This document shows, in pieces, positions 1 to 11,770 of a stretch of 64,000 bases of DNA. The stretch's first letter is position 1; each line of letters begins with the position of its first letter. This stretch comes from Eledone cirrhosa (lineage: Eukaryota): NCBI GenBank assembly GCA_964016885.1, contig OZ024745.1:116932001-116996000 (forward strand), given 5' to 3'. Position numbers and translations under genes: made by a program. Under the pieces are notes generated by a model. It was not told the DNA's origin. It ran no database searches and worked only from the letters and a program-made list of their open reading frames with translations.

Positions 1-230
1 TTTTTGAAGTAAATAGTATTTTGTATAACCAACTTTTAACAAATAGTATCACCAACAAATATCAATTAGCTAACAATAACATCTACAATTCCATTAATAA
101 AGAAGCTAAATACCTAGCTAGGATTTTAAAAATAGACAACCGGGTTGAAAGCCTAGCTAAACGTAAAGAATATATTACCCTTAAAGACCATAAATCAGAC
201 TTCACTAATCGACCTAGCTGTAGACTAATT
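1..230 (+). mobile_element. Penelope-like retroelement fragment (region N-terminal to RT), truncated
   Basis: ORF 21..254 contains KEYITLKDHKSDFTNRPSCRLI, resembling the ITLKDHK..F..NP.CRLI block of invertebrate Penelope-like RTs; it runs into (GA)n at about 231. Confidence 0.5.
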
Positions 231-365
231 GAGGGTGACAGAGAGAGAGGGTGAGGAGAGAGAGAAGGAGAATGGAAGAAAGTTGGTGGTGTTGTTGTAT
301 ATATACATAAGTGTGTGTGTATATGTGTCTGTGTGTGTGTGTGTATATATAACACACATACATAT

Positions 366-811
366 ACTAGACCTGAAAAATAGGCAAGCTCAAAAGAGCC
401 ACAGAATGTTATAATAAACCTTCAAAAGTGTGGGACTAGAGTTGTTGCTCAAAAATATTGTAATCATTATCTATCGTACACTCTGTGGCATCCTTTTATA
501 AAAAAGAGACTCATAACGAACTCAAGACGACACGATAATTATTTAAGCTAATATTCAACATCTCATATTAGATGTTTAGTAAGGATTAATCAGAAATGCA
601 CTTAAACCGAATTCTATATTATAAATTCACTTAAATAATTATCGTGTCGTCTTGAGTTCGTTATGAGTCTCTTTTTATAAAAGGATGCCACAGAGTGTAC
701 GATAGATAATGATTACAATATTTTTGAGCAGCAACTCTAGTCCCACACTTTTGAAGGTTTATTATAACATTCTGTAGCTCTTTTTGAGCTTGCGCATTTT
801 TCAGGTCTAGT
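366..811. repeat. Long inverted repeat, arms 366-547 and 630-811 (about 182 bp), 82-bp spacer
   Basis: actagacctgaaaaa...gataattatttaag reverse-complements cttaaataattatc...tttttcaggtctagt with only a few mismatches. Confidence 0.9.
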
Positions 812-1332
812 TTAATATTTTTTTAAGGCAACGCTTGTAATAACTCTAGTTAAACATATATATTAATAATAAATTATCGTTGTAATGTAATTAGATTATA
901 TAATTGTTATTTTATAAATGATCTTATAAATATTATTGTAAGATGTATAAAAATATTTTCAGACTTTTAATAGTTAATATAAATTTAAAAAATCATATAT
1001 AAATTAACAATATAACTTACCAAAACGAGAAAAATATTTTGATGATAAACGACGAAATACTGGAGGAAGATTCGAAAGCGAAACGATAAATAAACGTGCA
1101 AACAAAGTGGCGGATGCTTTTGAGCAACAATTACTCTCGTTGGTTGATTAGCCAATAAGACGATACATTACAAAAGTTGTTTGGGAGGGATCGCCACGGC
1201 CAGCGATACCCCTTGAAATTTTTATTCACAAGCTACGCATGTATGTCAGACAGATCAGACACGTAGACTTAAAACATTCTGTTGTTAGTCACTGCGTGGC
1301 TAACAGATACAAACACACACATATATATACAT

Positions 1333-1340
<8 letters not shown>

Positions 1341-1386
<46 letters not shown>
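1341..1386. repeat. (AT)n microsatellite
   Basis: Pure AT run. Confidence 0.95.
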
Positions 1387-1389
<3 letters not shown>

Positions 1390-1492
1390 TCTTCCAGTTT
1401 CATTTCACATTATATACATGTCTGTGTATATTTTAATTATTTAAAAACTATTTTTTGGTGAACATGATTTTTTTTTATATTTTGAAGTGAAT

Positions 1493-1520
1493 GTGACCCA
1501 ACGGGTCACTGGTGGTCTAG
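1493..1520 (+). mobile_element. Helitron-type 3' terminus (5' end not located)
   Basis: Hairpin gtgaccc-aac-gggtcac, followed 7 nt later by CTAG|T. Confidence 0.55.
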
Positions 1521-2289
1521 TTATAAATATCTACGACTATGTTGGAAAGAATATTTGTAATGATTCATTTAAATCGCATAAAATAACTGCTTAATAAAAG
1601 AATCAGTTTCCGATCTTTGTCCAACAACTATTTTAAAAATCGCGCTATGTATTCTGTTTTCAACATGCAGAAACGCAAATAATGACTAATTCTGAAAACA
1701 TAAAATGTTACAGTTGATGGGGGGAACAATTATGTTGTGAAGTTCGTATCTTCTCTAACGGGGAATTATCATCAAACAAATTATGGAGTAGCTTCAATGG
1801 CAAATCAGAACTGTAATGTGGGCTGAGATTGTAGCAAACAAATATCTTAACTGATAACGCCTTCTACAGTATAATTTCAAAAAGGTTATATGAAATAAAT
1901 TATCAATGAAGTAGTCATATACACACGGCACTACAAACGATTAAAAGGGTATTTTCTCGTAAAGATCTTAAGGCAAACAACTAAAATCAAATGATATACT
2001 TGTCAAACATTATTTGAAGCTGTGACATTGCAAAAGCACATTGTGATTACTGTTGTATAAAACTCGAAAGAGGAGTTAGATGGTCAAATATAAAAGGAAA
2101 ATGTAACAGTGGACAGCTTTTGTCTTAATCAAAATGTAATATAGTAAGTAATATTGCAAGGCTGTGACAGTCGTCTGAGGCTACCAACTGATCATAAATC
2201 ACGTGAAAAGAAATTACAATCACTTCGAATAGAAGACAACTTTGGTTTCGGGTAACTATTCTTATTAAAATACCAGATATGAAGAACAT

Positions 2290-2472
2290 AATAATTGTTT
2301 CTACTTTTGGCACAAGGCCAGCACTTACCCAGTACATTACTGGTACTTTATTTTATCGACCCCGTAAGGATGAAATGCAAAGTTAACCTCGGCGGGATTT
2401 GAACTCAGAATGGCAAGGGCCGTAACTCTATGCGTCAAAGCATGGCGTCCGACGCCTCTACCGATACTGCCA
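2290..2472 (-). mobile_element. OK-like tRNA-derived SINE
   Basis: Minus strand reads tggcagtatcggt (A-box-like) ... gagttcaaatcccg (B box) ... ggccttgtgccaaaagtagaaacaattatt; one of about 20 similar copies in the window. Confidence 0.85.
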
Positions 2473-3369
2473 AATAATGACACATAATCCAGAGATTCAC
2501 ACTAACGTTGACAACTTGAAGGTTCCTTTCATAAAGGCGATGAGGAAGAAATTAAATACCTTTCTTGTCGTCATAAAAACAACAGCAGAAATACAAAATA
2601 GTCGACAGTTTAAAGAGGATTGATTCTCTGTCGGTGTGAACAATTGTCGAATATATAATGGTATTCTATCAAGATATGATTTAAGTGTCGACAGTACAAT
2701 CTCTTTATGGAGAAAATCTTTAAAGCTCTACGAATGTTTCTATTACAGCCAACCAGTGTGTTAATAATAAGCACAAACTTAAGTCTGTAAATGTAATATC
2801 AAATGTATAAACTATATGAAATACTGTAAGGTATCAATCATCTGACAACAACATTTCAATATTCAACGTATTAAAGTATAAGAATGAACTAGAACTATAA
2901 ACTTTAGCCATGATGCAATAGTTTGTATGGCATTATGAGACCATGAATGGTGCTGCTTCGTAGGTATATGGTTCCAGATACGAGCTTTTAATACGTCGTA
3001 CTTTCCATCATTACCTCAGGTTAATCAGTGCCATGTGACAGGATGTAGGTAGGTGGAAATCTGTCGTGTTCATATAAATGTATATATATATATATATATA
3101 TGTGTGTGGTGTGTGTCGGGGGTATGTGGAGGGTGGGGATATATGTGTGTGGGAGTGGATGGGGATTGGGGGTGGATGGGGTGTGGACACGACAAACACG
3201 CACTTTTATATACACAAATACTCAGGTATTTGTACGTACGTGTGTATGTGAATGTATATGTGATTGTATGTATGTGTCTGCATGTGTGTGTATGTGTGCA
3301 CGTGTGTGTATGTATACATATGTGTGTGCGCACGTGTGTGTGTGTATGTGTGCACGTACACAGACATAC

Positions 3370-3780
3370 ATATCATCATCATCATTTAACGACCGTTTTC
3401 CCTGCTAGCAAGTACTGGACGGGTCGTTGCACACCAAGTCAATACTTAATCTGAGCTATTGACCTCTCAGACGGGCCGGGGGCCAGCTTTTCTCTTACAG
3501 GCGTTCCCATACTTCACAGAGGGCACCGAATGTGTTTTATCGTGGAACCAACACTATTGAACTTGTCAGATCCTCCACACTGCCAAAACATCCTCTCGAT
3601 CCTTTGTTTTGGCAGGTTTTCTGCGATTTGATGCCCTTCCCATTTACAGAATGAACTGGATAGGTTTATCGTATAGATCACAAATACTATGGAGATTGTC
3701 GTGCCCTCGATACAACCGAGTAGTCCTCTCGACGCCAACTGTTTAAATACCCTATTGTAACCACAAAGTCACTTCAATGC
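3370..3780 (-). mobile_element. Non-autonomous RTE-tailed element, (GAT)n tail
   Basis: Minus-strand 3' end cttgctagcagggaaaacggtcgttaaatgatgatga matches RTE tails in the window; related 3' segment at 60548-60665. Confidence 0.55.
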
Positions 3781-3943
3781 AGCTCTATCCGCGAACTCAA
3801 ACAAATACCATCAACACACTTAACACGATCTAACTTACCATGTACAGATCAAATTAGACATAAAGTAAAAACCTAATCTCATCCTTCAAAATTCTACACA
3901 AAAACACACAGAATACAGCGGCTTCAGCCGTCATATTACGTGG

Positions 3944-3946
3944 TAT

Positions 3947-4044
<98 letters not shown>

Positions 4045-4075
4045 GGGAGAGAGAGAGGGGAGAGAGAGAGAGAGA
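3944..4075. repeat. Compound (TA)n(GA)n microsatellite
   Basis: Direct inspection. Confidence 0.95.
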
Positions 4076-4174
4076 ATTTTAAATTATATTAAGTTAGTGT
4101 CTTTAACTGACAATAATTACGACCAATTATTCAATTAGCTGCGTAGTCTATTTATGCGTATTCCTTCCGTTTTC

Positions 4175-4335
4175 TGTAGGACACGAGAATAACCGTTAGA
4201 TATGTCAAAATGTCAGACATGGTGGCAAATGGAAAGCCGATTCACAATGGAAACTTATAAGGCCACCAAAGGTCAGCTTTTTGGGTGGCCGCTTGATAGT
4301 GTGGAAGAAACTCTATGGAGGAAAGTATCATATAA
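4175..4335 (+). repeat. Unclassified dispersed repeat (second copy about 50695-50855)
   Basis: ggacacgagaataa...cacaatggaaactta...gtcagcttt..ggtgg(c/t)cgcttgata...gaaactctat.gaggaaagtatc is shared with the 50.7-kb region. Confidence 0.6.
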
Positions 4336-5886
4336 CTGCTACATATCTACGATTCTATTAAATGTATTGGTATGTTCATTGACAAAATAAATAAAATATA
4401 TCTAATATATGAAAGCTATTTCAACTATTTAAAGACACACAAATGCTAATCTATTCACTTTGCCTTTACTTCCTGGGGAGCCAAAATTTCCGACATGATC
4501 TGATCTCATTCCACTGCAATAAAATTCTGCCACTGACCAAAACAGAGTGGTGTGACGAAAACTCTGATACTGCACGAAATAAGTGAAAAATCAATATAAC
4601 AACTTTTGCGTGATTTTTGTTTGTTTGTCTGTTTGGATGGCTAAAATCTTTCACATTCCACAATGTAGTCGCTTCAGTTTCAGTCTCAGATCAAGTCAAG
4701 TCACTTACCAAATTAGTACAACACCAGAAATAAATAAATTCTTTCTTGGGTGAGAAAATCACTTTGACCTACAACATTCGAAGAATTTTATTAGCATATT
4801 TAAGTCTTCTAGAAACAATTGACGTTTCTTCAAACATTTTCCTTTAAATTTGTATCCATTTTAACCAATACCGTTAATCTATAAATGTTATTCTAAAATT
4901 AGCACAATGGAAAACTTCATATATTCTATGGTCATCTAATTTCCAAGAAGTTCTGCGAAGAGTTTCTAACTCAATAATATGACAATGTTCTCTATTCCCT
5001 TCAGGTTAAAATTGATAGGAAAACTTATACTTTCTCATGCAACAATTTACATTTAAAGTAAAATACTCGACATAGATAGCTGTTAGTCAATATCTTTCGT
5101 CTTTTGAGTAATCATCAGAAATACTCGTGACATCTATTTGTATCTAATTGTCAGAAATACTTGTGACAACATCTATTAGTGTTACTGAAATTAACTGAAG
5201 CATTTTATACATTGAATCAAAAGAATCCTTTGGACACTTTAAGCAATCTGGGAATTACAGATAATCTATTTTATAGCTAAAAAGTTATAATCAAATAGTT
5301 ATAATAAGCAACAAAAGATAGATTTGTTGAATCAGATTTGTCTAATGTGCTCCGAGAATATCTGAAATTATCTGTCAAGAAATCTGTGATAATAGACTTG
5401 TCATCTAATATCTGTGATAAATCTATTAATGAAAGCATCTGTTTGATGGTAGAACTGGCCCAGACACTTAGTGCTATATTTGACAAATTTATAAACGTCA
5501 TTCTACACAAGCATTAATTGGTCAGTAATTTATTCACTACTCTTGAAAGCCAATTACGTAGTTATTCGTAATTTGCTCAGCGGCCTTGTCAACGTTAATA
5601 TTTCCCAAATTGTTTATTGTAATTCCTTTTCAATTTCAAAATGATCAAACAAAACACTAAGAAGTGTTATAACTACAAATGATTAGAGCTTGTATTAATA
5701 TCTCTAACTCTCTCGCTCGCACTCACATACACATACACACACTCACACATATATATATTAAATTTCGTATTTCTAAAGAAATACGATATGTTTATAAATA
5801 AACATTTAGAAAACTATAGCTATGAAAAACACTGGCAGCTAGCGCCACCATGCAGTGCTCGGCAGAAGCAATGGGGATAATCGTTG

Positions 5887-6015
5887 ATGCAGTTCGAATT
5901 CGACTGGTTCTCGTCAGGACGATCTCTCCTGCTCTTGCAAATGCCGGACTTTGAAAACAGGCGAAAATATATAGGTTTTTCGTCCTGACGAGGACCAGTT
6001 GAGTTCGAAATGCAT
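5887..6015 (+). other. 36-bp stem hairpin with 57-nt loop in a CpG-rich patch, 22 nt upstream of a GTGAGT donor-like site (6038)
   Basis: Arms 5887-5922 and 5980-6015 pair with 32 Watson-Crick, 3 G-U and 1 G-A position. Confidence 0.75.
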
Positions 6016-6758
6016 TTTGTTGTGTGTGATCCTAGATGTGAGTATTACCTGCTTCTGTGGTTTGTCTTTCTTCCTTTTTTCCTTTCTTTCTTCATTCTTT
6101 TTTCTCTTGTTATTTGTAATATTAACTATATTTTCGCCAAACTCTTTGTAAGAGCGCCCTCTATTGTGCTGTCAAACTCAGTGAATGCATGGTATCATTC
6201 AGAAAACATATTACACACTTTGCTTCATTTAAAACTAAAACACTTTGCTTATTTGTTTTTGTAAATTAATTCTAAAAGCCCTTGCCTTTCCCTTCCTTTC
6301 CCGTTTTTGTTTAATATTTTCTTATTTTACATTCCATTCTTTCTTCTCAATACAAATTTGTTTTTCTTTCTTTTTATATTAACTTGTTTTTACTAAGATG
6401 TAAATAAAACTTTACCTATAATAAAACATTTATGATGGTGTTTTAGAGCTAAATCTTCAGCTATTATATAATCCCTTGTATGTATGTACGTGTGTGTGTG
6501 CGTGCGTACAGGTACGTTTTACATCCTAAACTGAAATACTCTTTCATAGATTTAGATATGTCTTGATTCTTCAGTATATGTCTCGTATTTGAAACATATC
6601 CTTGCTAGGCTCTTTAAAATACAATGGATGAGATTCACGACCGAATAAATTCTGTTTATAATGCGTACAACAATCTAGCAGGAGAAGACATCTCTCACCC
6701 ACCCCACCAGATGGGAAGAGTTGACAGGTCTGTAGTGACCAATAAAATACTAACATTT

Positions 6759-7020
6759 ATCATCATCATCATCATCATCATCGTGGGCCCTTAACCCTTC
6801 TCGTGGTCGTTGGGATACTACAGTGTCGAGCGCTGTACCAACTGCCTCCATCTCTGGTGGTTATGGGCGAGTACTTGGGTTGTGGCAAAGTTCTGTTCAC
6901 TCAGCTATGTTGTCTGTCCACCTCTGTCTGTCTGTCTTATTTTATCCCCGCACTGTTCATCGAACAATTGTCTACTATCTATATGGTTGACTATAGTTGT
7001 GCCTTAACATGACCATAAAC
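6759..7020 (-). mobile_element. RTE-type LINE 3' remnant with (GAT)n tail
   Basis: (cat)n at 6759-6782 followed by an antisense segment resembling RTE 3' ends. Confidence 0.45.
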
Positions 7021-7220
7021 CAATACTTGAAAATTAGTAAAAGAATAATGAAATTTTGACTCAGAGATAGAATGTGTTAAACTATTATAATGTTTAGCGT
7101 TATATAACACACTGGTGTACAAGACGCAGTCGTATTTTGAATAAAAACTCTTTTACAGAAAAATATTAATAATAATTTAAATAGAAGCATCTCCGTAATA
7201 TTTGTGTACGTAATTTAGTC

Positions 7221-7780
7221 TAATAATTGTTTCTACTTTAGGCACAAGGCCAGCAATTAACCAGTACATTACTGGTACTTTATTTTATCGACCCCGTAAG
7301 GATGAAAGGCAAAGTTAACCTCGGCGAGATTTGAACTCAGACTGTAAAGGAACGAAACTATGCTAGAAAGCATGGCGTCCAATAATGATTTCTAGTATAG
7401 GGGGAGGGGAAAGTCGATTAAATCGACCCAGTACGTTACTGGTGCTTTACTTTATCGACCCCGTAAGGATGAAAGGCAAATTTAACCTCGGCGGGATTTG
7501 AACTCAGACTGTAAAGGAACGAAACTATGCTAGAAAGCATGGCGTCCAACCCTCTACCGATACTGCCAATTCTCTAATAATGATTTCTAGTATAGGGGGG
7601 AGGGGAAAGTCGATTAAATCGACCCCAGTACGTTACTGGTGCTTTACTTTATCGACCCCGTAAGGATGAAAGGCAAATTTAACCTCGGCGGGATTTGAAC
7701 TCAGACCGTAAAGGACCGTAACTCTATGCTGCAAAGCATGGTATCTGACACTCTACCGATACTGCCAATCCACCGCCCTT
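7221..7780 (-). mobile_element. Cluster of three nested/chimeric OK-like SINE copies
   Basis: Core tttatcgaccccgtaaggatgaaaggcaaa appears three times; flanking duplication tagtctaataat on both sides. Confidence 0.85.
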
Positions 7781-7899
7781 ATAATATAGTCTAATAATGG
7801 AGCGTATAACCCCACTTAACGGAAAAGGGTGGGTATTTCTGATCAGTAGGTATATACATCCCATTATTAGATTATTCAGAAGTATGGTCAACTATATAA

Positions 7900-9193
7900 T
7901 CTCTCTATATATAAAATTCTTTGTCTCTCTGTCTGTCTGTTTCCTTATGCATTCTCAAATGGCTTAACCAAATTAAATCAAATTTATAAGGTAATAGCAT
8001 TAGACCCCGGGATTAACTATTTTATTTTCATATGGATTAAAATAATATAACATTTTATCAAAAATAATCTTTCTATCGTCAGCTATAATAAACGGACATG
8101 TTATAACACTGCGACGACGTCACATTTTATATATGAGTGTGCATGTGTTTGTGAGTGTGTGTGTGTGTTTACGCGTTCGTTACGTTCGGTAGGCCTTAGT
8201 AAGTTACATACACATACATCTTCACGTAAATATTTAATCAGATACACAACGAATTAAACACACACACATACATATGTTTTGACTGACAAGTATGAGTGTA
8301 TGCGAGAGTGTATGTGTGTGTGAGTATATATACATTTCTGTGACAACTGACATAAACGCAGTGGGTAAAACTGTATGTCTTATTATGAATATATGTCTGT
8401 GTATTTTTTTTATAAGTTTATGAGTGTATGTGTGTCTGTTCGTGGGTGAAACTCTGTTTGTTTGTATGAATGTATGTCTGTGCGTTTTTTATAAGTGTGT
8501 ATTTTGGGATGTTGATAATTATTTGTTTACAATATTGAAAAAAACGTCTTTATTCTAAAACTTCCTCTCATACCTACAGCTGTTCCATTTCAATTTAAGA
8601 GGCTTCAGTTTCCAGTCAAATTAAGTTAACAAATCTCAGAGTCAATCCCTCAAGGTAGTTGGACTTGATCTCTCTACTACATGTTTCTCCCACGGTCAAC
8701 TCTACGTTGGTTGCTCACAAGTTGGAAGCAGAAACAACAAACAGAGGTGCAATATGAAAATCACCAAGAAGCAATGACAGTTGCGATGCAAACTCGACGA
8801 GCACAAGGCAGAATAAACTGGCTAAGAGCTGTGTTTTCATCGAAGAATTATAGAAATGATCCTAAAGTTACGATTGGTAGCATGGATATTATACTTGGCA
8901 TGTGTTGCTTAGGAGGAAAGGTCAGACTTCCACTGATAGAGGACCCTCCAACTTTTATCTATATGCTGTTTACATACCGTACTAACGAAGATAAACACTT
9001 GAGAAGCAATGTTATGCGGTATATTGCTGCGTTTCAGATGACGTCCCTTGGAGCTAAAAAAGGATCATACTGACTATGGTTATTTCACATTTAAAATCCA
9101 AAGCCAATGCTACCATTTAATCGGCAGTTTTTATTCCTCCAGCCTAATAAGGAAGTTTTATGGTTGTTTTTATCTCTCTTTCTCTCCCCCCCC

Positions 9194-9228
<35 letters not shown>

Positions 9229-9340
9229 TTACGGTCTTACCTCATACTGTAAACCAGACAACACATCCAATAGAGTCGTTTTCGTTTTTATCCGTCTTCT
9301 CTTAACTGTTCCCCCGAGCGAAGCCGGGTACCTCAGCTAA
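7900..9340 (+). mobile_element. Non-autonomous Helitron carrying Rep/helicase fragments
   Basis: A|TC start (atctctctatatataaa), 3' hairpin cccgagcgaagccggg and CTAA|T end. 8544-8730 translates VFILKLPLIP..PFQFKRLQFPVKL / [30 protein letters not shown] (PIF1-like helicase C-terminal motifs). 8850-9140 translates CCLGGKVRLP..AFQMTSLGA / FKIQSQCYHLIGS (Helitron N-terminal region). Confidence 0.85.
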
Positions 9341-9569
9341 TTTAATAATAAAATGTCGATATGTAATATTTGCTCAAGGCAGAAGGCAGAAGGTGGATAT
9401 GAAACAATTAGTTGTTCACTAAACAACATAGCTTTAGTATTTTGCTGTGTATCTTCCTATCAACATTAACATTACGAATCCAATGGTATTAAAGGATGAA
9501 TAAAATGAATTCAAGTTTAAAATTTGTAGAAAAACAATAAAACAGTGTGGTAAATAAATATATACATAT

Positions 9570-10300
9570 ACACCAGGTCCGAACACAATGGAACCAATCT
9601 CCCACTGTCACTGCCTCCGTCTTTCACGCTCTCCCCATTTCTCGCTATTATGAGCAAATGAGGGCCCACGTTCTGGCCGCCCCGGGGCCTCTAGCGGAGA
9701 GAATAGTGAAGGCATTTCCCCGGAGGATGGTGAGGGAGATGGGCTGGAAGAGCCCTTCCAGCTCGTGAGGCTCACGCCTGCGGCTAACCAACACTATGTT
9801 GATGGTGATGAGTAGGGAGGTGGTCCAAGAGCCAAGGCCACCAGAAATCTCCACTGCTACAGGCTCGACCGCAAACCTGTCAGAAAGTGACCGATGTTTG
9901 GAGCGTTTACCCTCCTTCGCCCGAAGTGCAACAGAGCCTAGGCTAGTCGCAGACTGCACCCTGTTGCCACTGGAGAATGTGTCGCTGCATGTGACATCCC
10001 AAGTGATGGGTTTACCACCGCGGAACGGGAAAATATTCATGCTGTCTGGCCTTTTGCCATCTCCTCGGTCCAGCCACACCGGCTCGAGCTGGGAAGGGAA
10101 GACTGCAGCATCCAAGCCATACTTTATGACCTCATTGAGAACAGCATGGCGTGGGAGGCGGCTGGCACTGTAGTGACAGGACAGCGGGTGGTGGCCGAAA
10201 GAGTCTATGGTAGGTCCGCAACGACATTTGTGTGACTCGCAAATCCGGAGGCCGGGCCTCAGGGAAACCCCGATTCACAGGCTATCATTATCGAGCTGCA
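9570..10300 (-). mobile_element. CRE-clade-like non-LTR retrotransposon 3' fragment (zinc knuckle + restriction-like endonuclease)
   Basis: Minus strand gives CRCG....GHHPLSC...RH, then ORF 9648..10115 EP..LDRGDGKRPDS...PF..GKPITWDVTCSDT...EPVAVEISGGLG...ISLTILRGNAF. Confidence 0.75.
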
Positions 10301-10545
10301 TGCTAGTTGAAAAGAAGAGTAAAGCACTGTAGCTTTGCTTTGTATATAATCTAAAGTAATTATGATAAAATATTGTGTAATGAGGAATATGCAATTATAT
10401 TTTAATCTTGCAGTTTCAATAGAATTAAATAGTAATGAATGATATGTGTATTAAGTATTGTGTAGATTGTTTTTGTATAGTTATGTATCATTTATTGCAC
10501 AAGCAATAAAATTTATATGCAATATAAATGCAAATCTTTTTTTCT

Positions 10546-10850
10546 TAGATAGCTCCTCTTAATTTTTAGATAGCTCCTCTTAATTTTTAGATAGCTCCTC
10601 TTAATTTTTAGATAGCCCCTCTTAATTTTTAGATAGCTCCTCTTAATTTTTAGATAGCCCCTCTTAATTTTTAGATAGCTCCTCTTAATTTTTAGATAGC
10701 TCCTCTTAATTTTTAGATAGCTCCTCTTAATTTTTAGATAGCCCCTCTTAATTTTTAGATAGCTCCTCTTAATTTTTAAATAGCTCCTCTTAATTTTTAG
10801 ATAGCCCCTCTTAATTTTTTCGTCCGTGGAATTTCAACAGGTCCCACTAG
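10546..10850 (+). repeat. 21-bp minisatellite (ttagatagc[t/c]cctcttaattt, about 13 copies) ending at a Helitron-like 3' terminus
   Basis: Tandem array 10546-10820, then an imperfect hairpin and CTAG|T at 10847-10851. Confidence 0.8.
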
Positions 10851-10852
10851 TT

Positions 10853-11509
10853 AGGGCGGTGGATTGGTAGTATCGGTAGAGGGTCGGACGCCATACTTTG
10901 CAGCAAAGAGTTACGGCCCTTGCCATTCTGAGTTCAAATCCCGCCGAGGTTAACTTTGCCTTTCATCCTTACGGGGTCGATAAAATAAAGTACTAGTAAT
11001 GTACTGGGTATTTGCTGGCCTTGTGCCAAAAGTAGAAACAATTATTAGCCATTCTGAGTTCAAATCCCGCCGAGGTTAACTTTGCCTTTCATCCTTACGG
11101 GGTCGATAAAATAAAGTACCAGTAATACACTGTGTAATTGCTGGCCTTGTGCCAAAAGTAGAAACAATTATTATTATCAAAGGGTGGTGGATTGGCAGTA
11201 TCGGTAGCGGGTGGACGCCATGCTTTGACGCATAGAGTTACGGCCCTTGCCATTCTGAGTTCAAATCCCGCTTTCATCCTTACGGGGTCGATAAAATAAA
11301 GTACCAGTAATACACTGGAATAATTGCTGGCCTTGTGCCAAAAAGTAGAAACAATTATTATTATCAAACCCCGCCGAAGTTAACTTTGCCTTTCATCCTT
11401 ACGGGGTCAATAAAATAAAGCACCAGTAATGTACTGGGGTCGATTTAATCGACTTTCCCCTCCCCCAAAATTACTGGCCTTGTGCCCATACTAGAAAGCA
11501 TTCTTCTTC

Positions 11510-11540
<31 letters not shown>

Positions 11541-11770
11541 GAGGGCGATTGATTGGCTGTATCGGTAGAGTGTTGGACAAAATGTTTTGCGGCATATAGT
11601 TATCGCCCTTTATGTTCTGAATTCAAATCTCACCTAGCTAGCTTTGCCTTTCATCCTTACAGGATCGATAAAATAACATACCAGTAATGCACTGAGGTAG
11701 ATTAAATTTAATGGACTTTCCCCTTCCCTTCAAATTGCTGGCCCTGTGCCAAAAGTAGAAAAAATTATAT
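10853..11770 (+). mobile_element. Cluster of about five full or partial OK-like SINE copies in tandem
   Basis: Repeated agggcggtggattgg...gagttcaaatcccg...gtgccaaaagtagaaacaattatt units, each following the (ATT)n tail of the previous one. Confidence 0.85.

Noticed and set aside
4709-4768. Possible 60-bp minus-strand exon (VKVIFSPKKEFIYFWCCTNL) with ag/gtaagt borders
   Set aside because: Weak pyrimidine tract, no recognisable homology, no partner exons found.
5277-5517. Stretch open on both strands for about 70 codons
   Set aside because: No recognisable domain or convincing splice signals.
9796-10173. Plus-strand 125-aa ORF (similarly 41085-41547, 53734-54117, 28746-29294)
   Set aside because: Antisense shadows of retroelement coding sequence.
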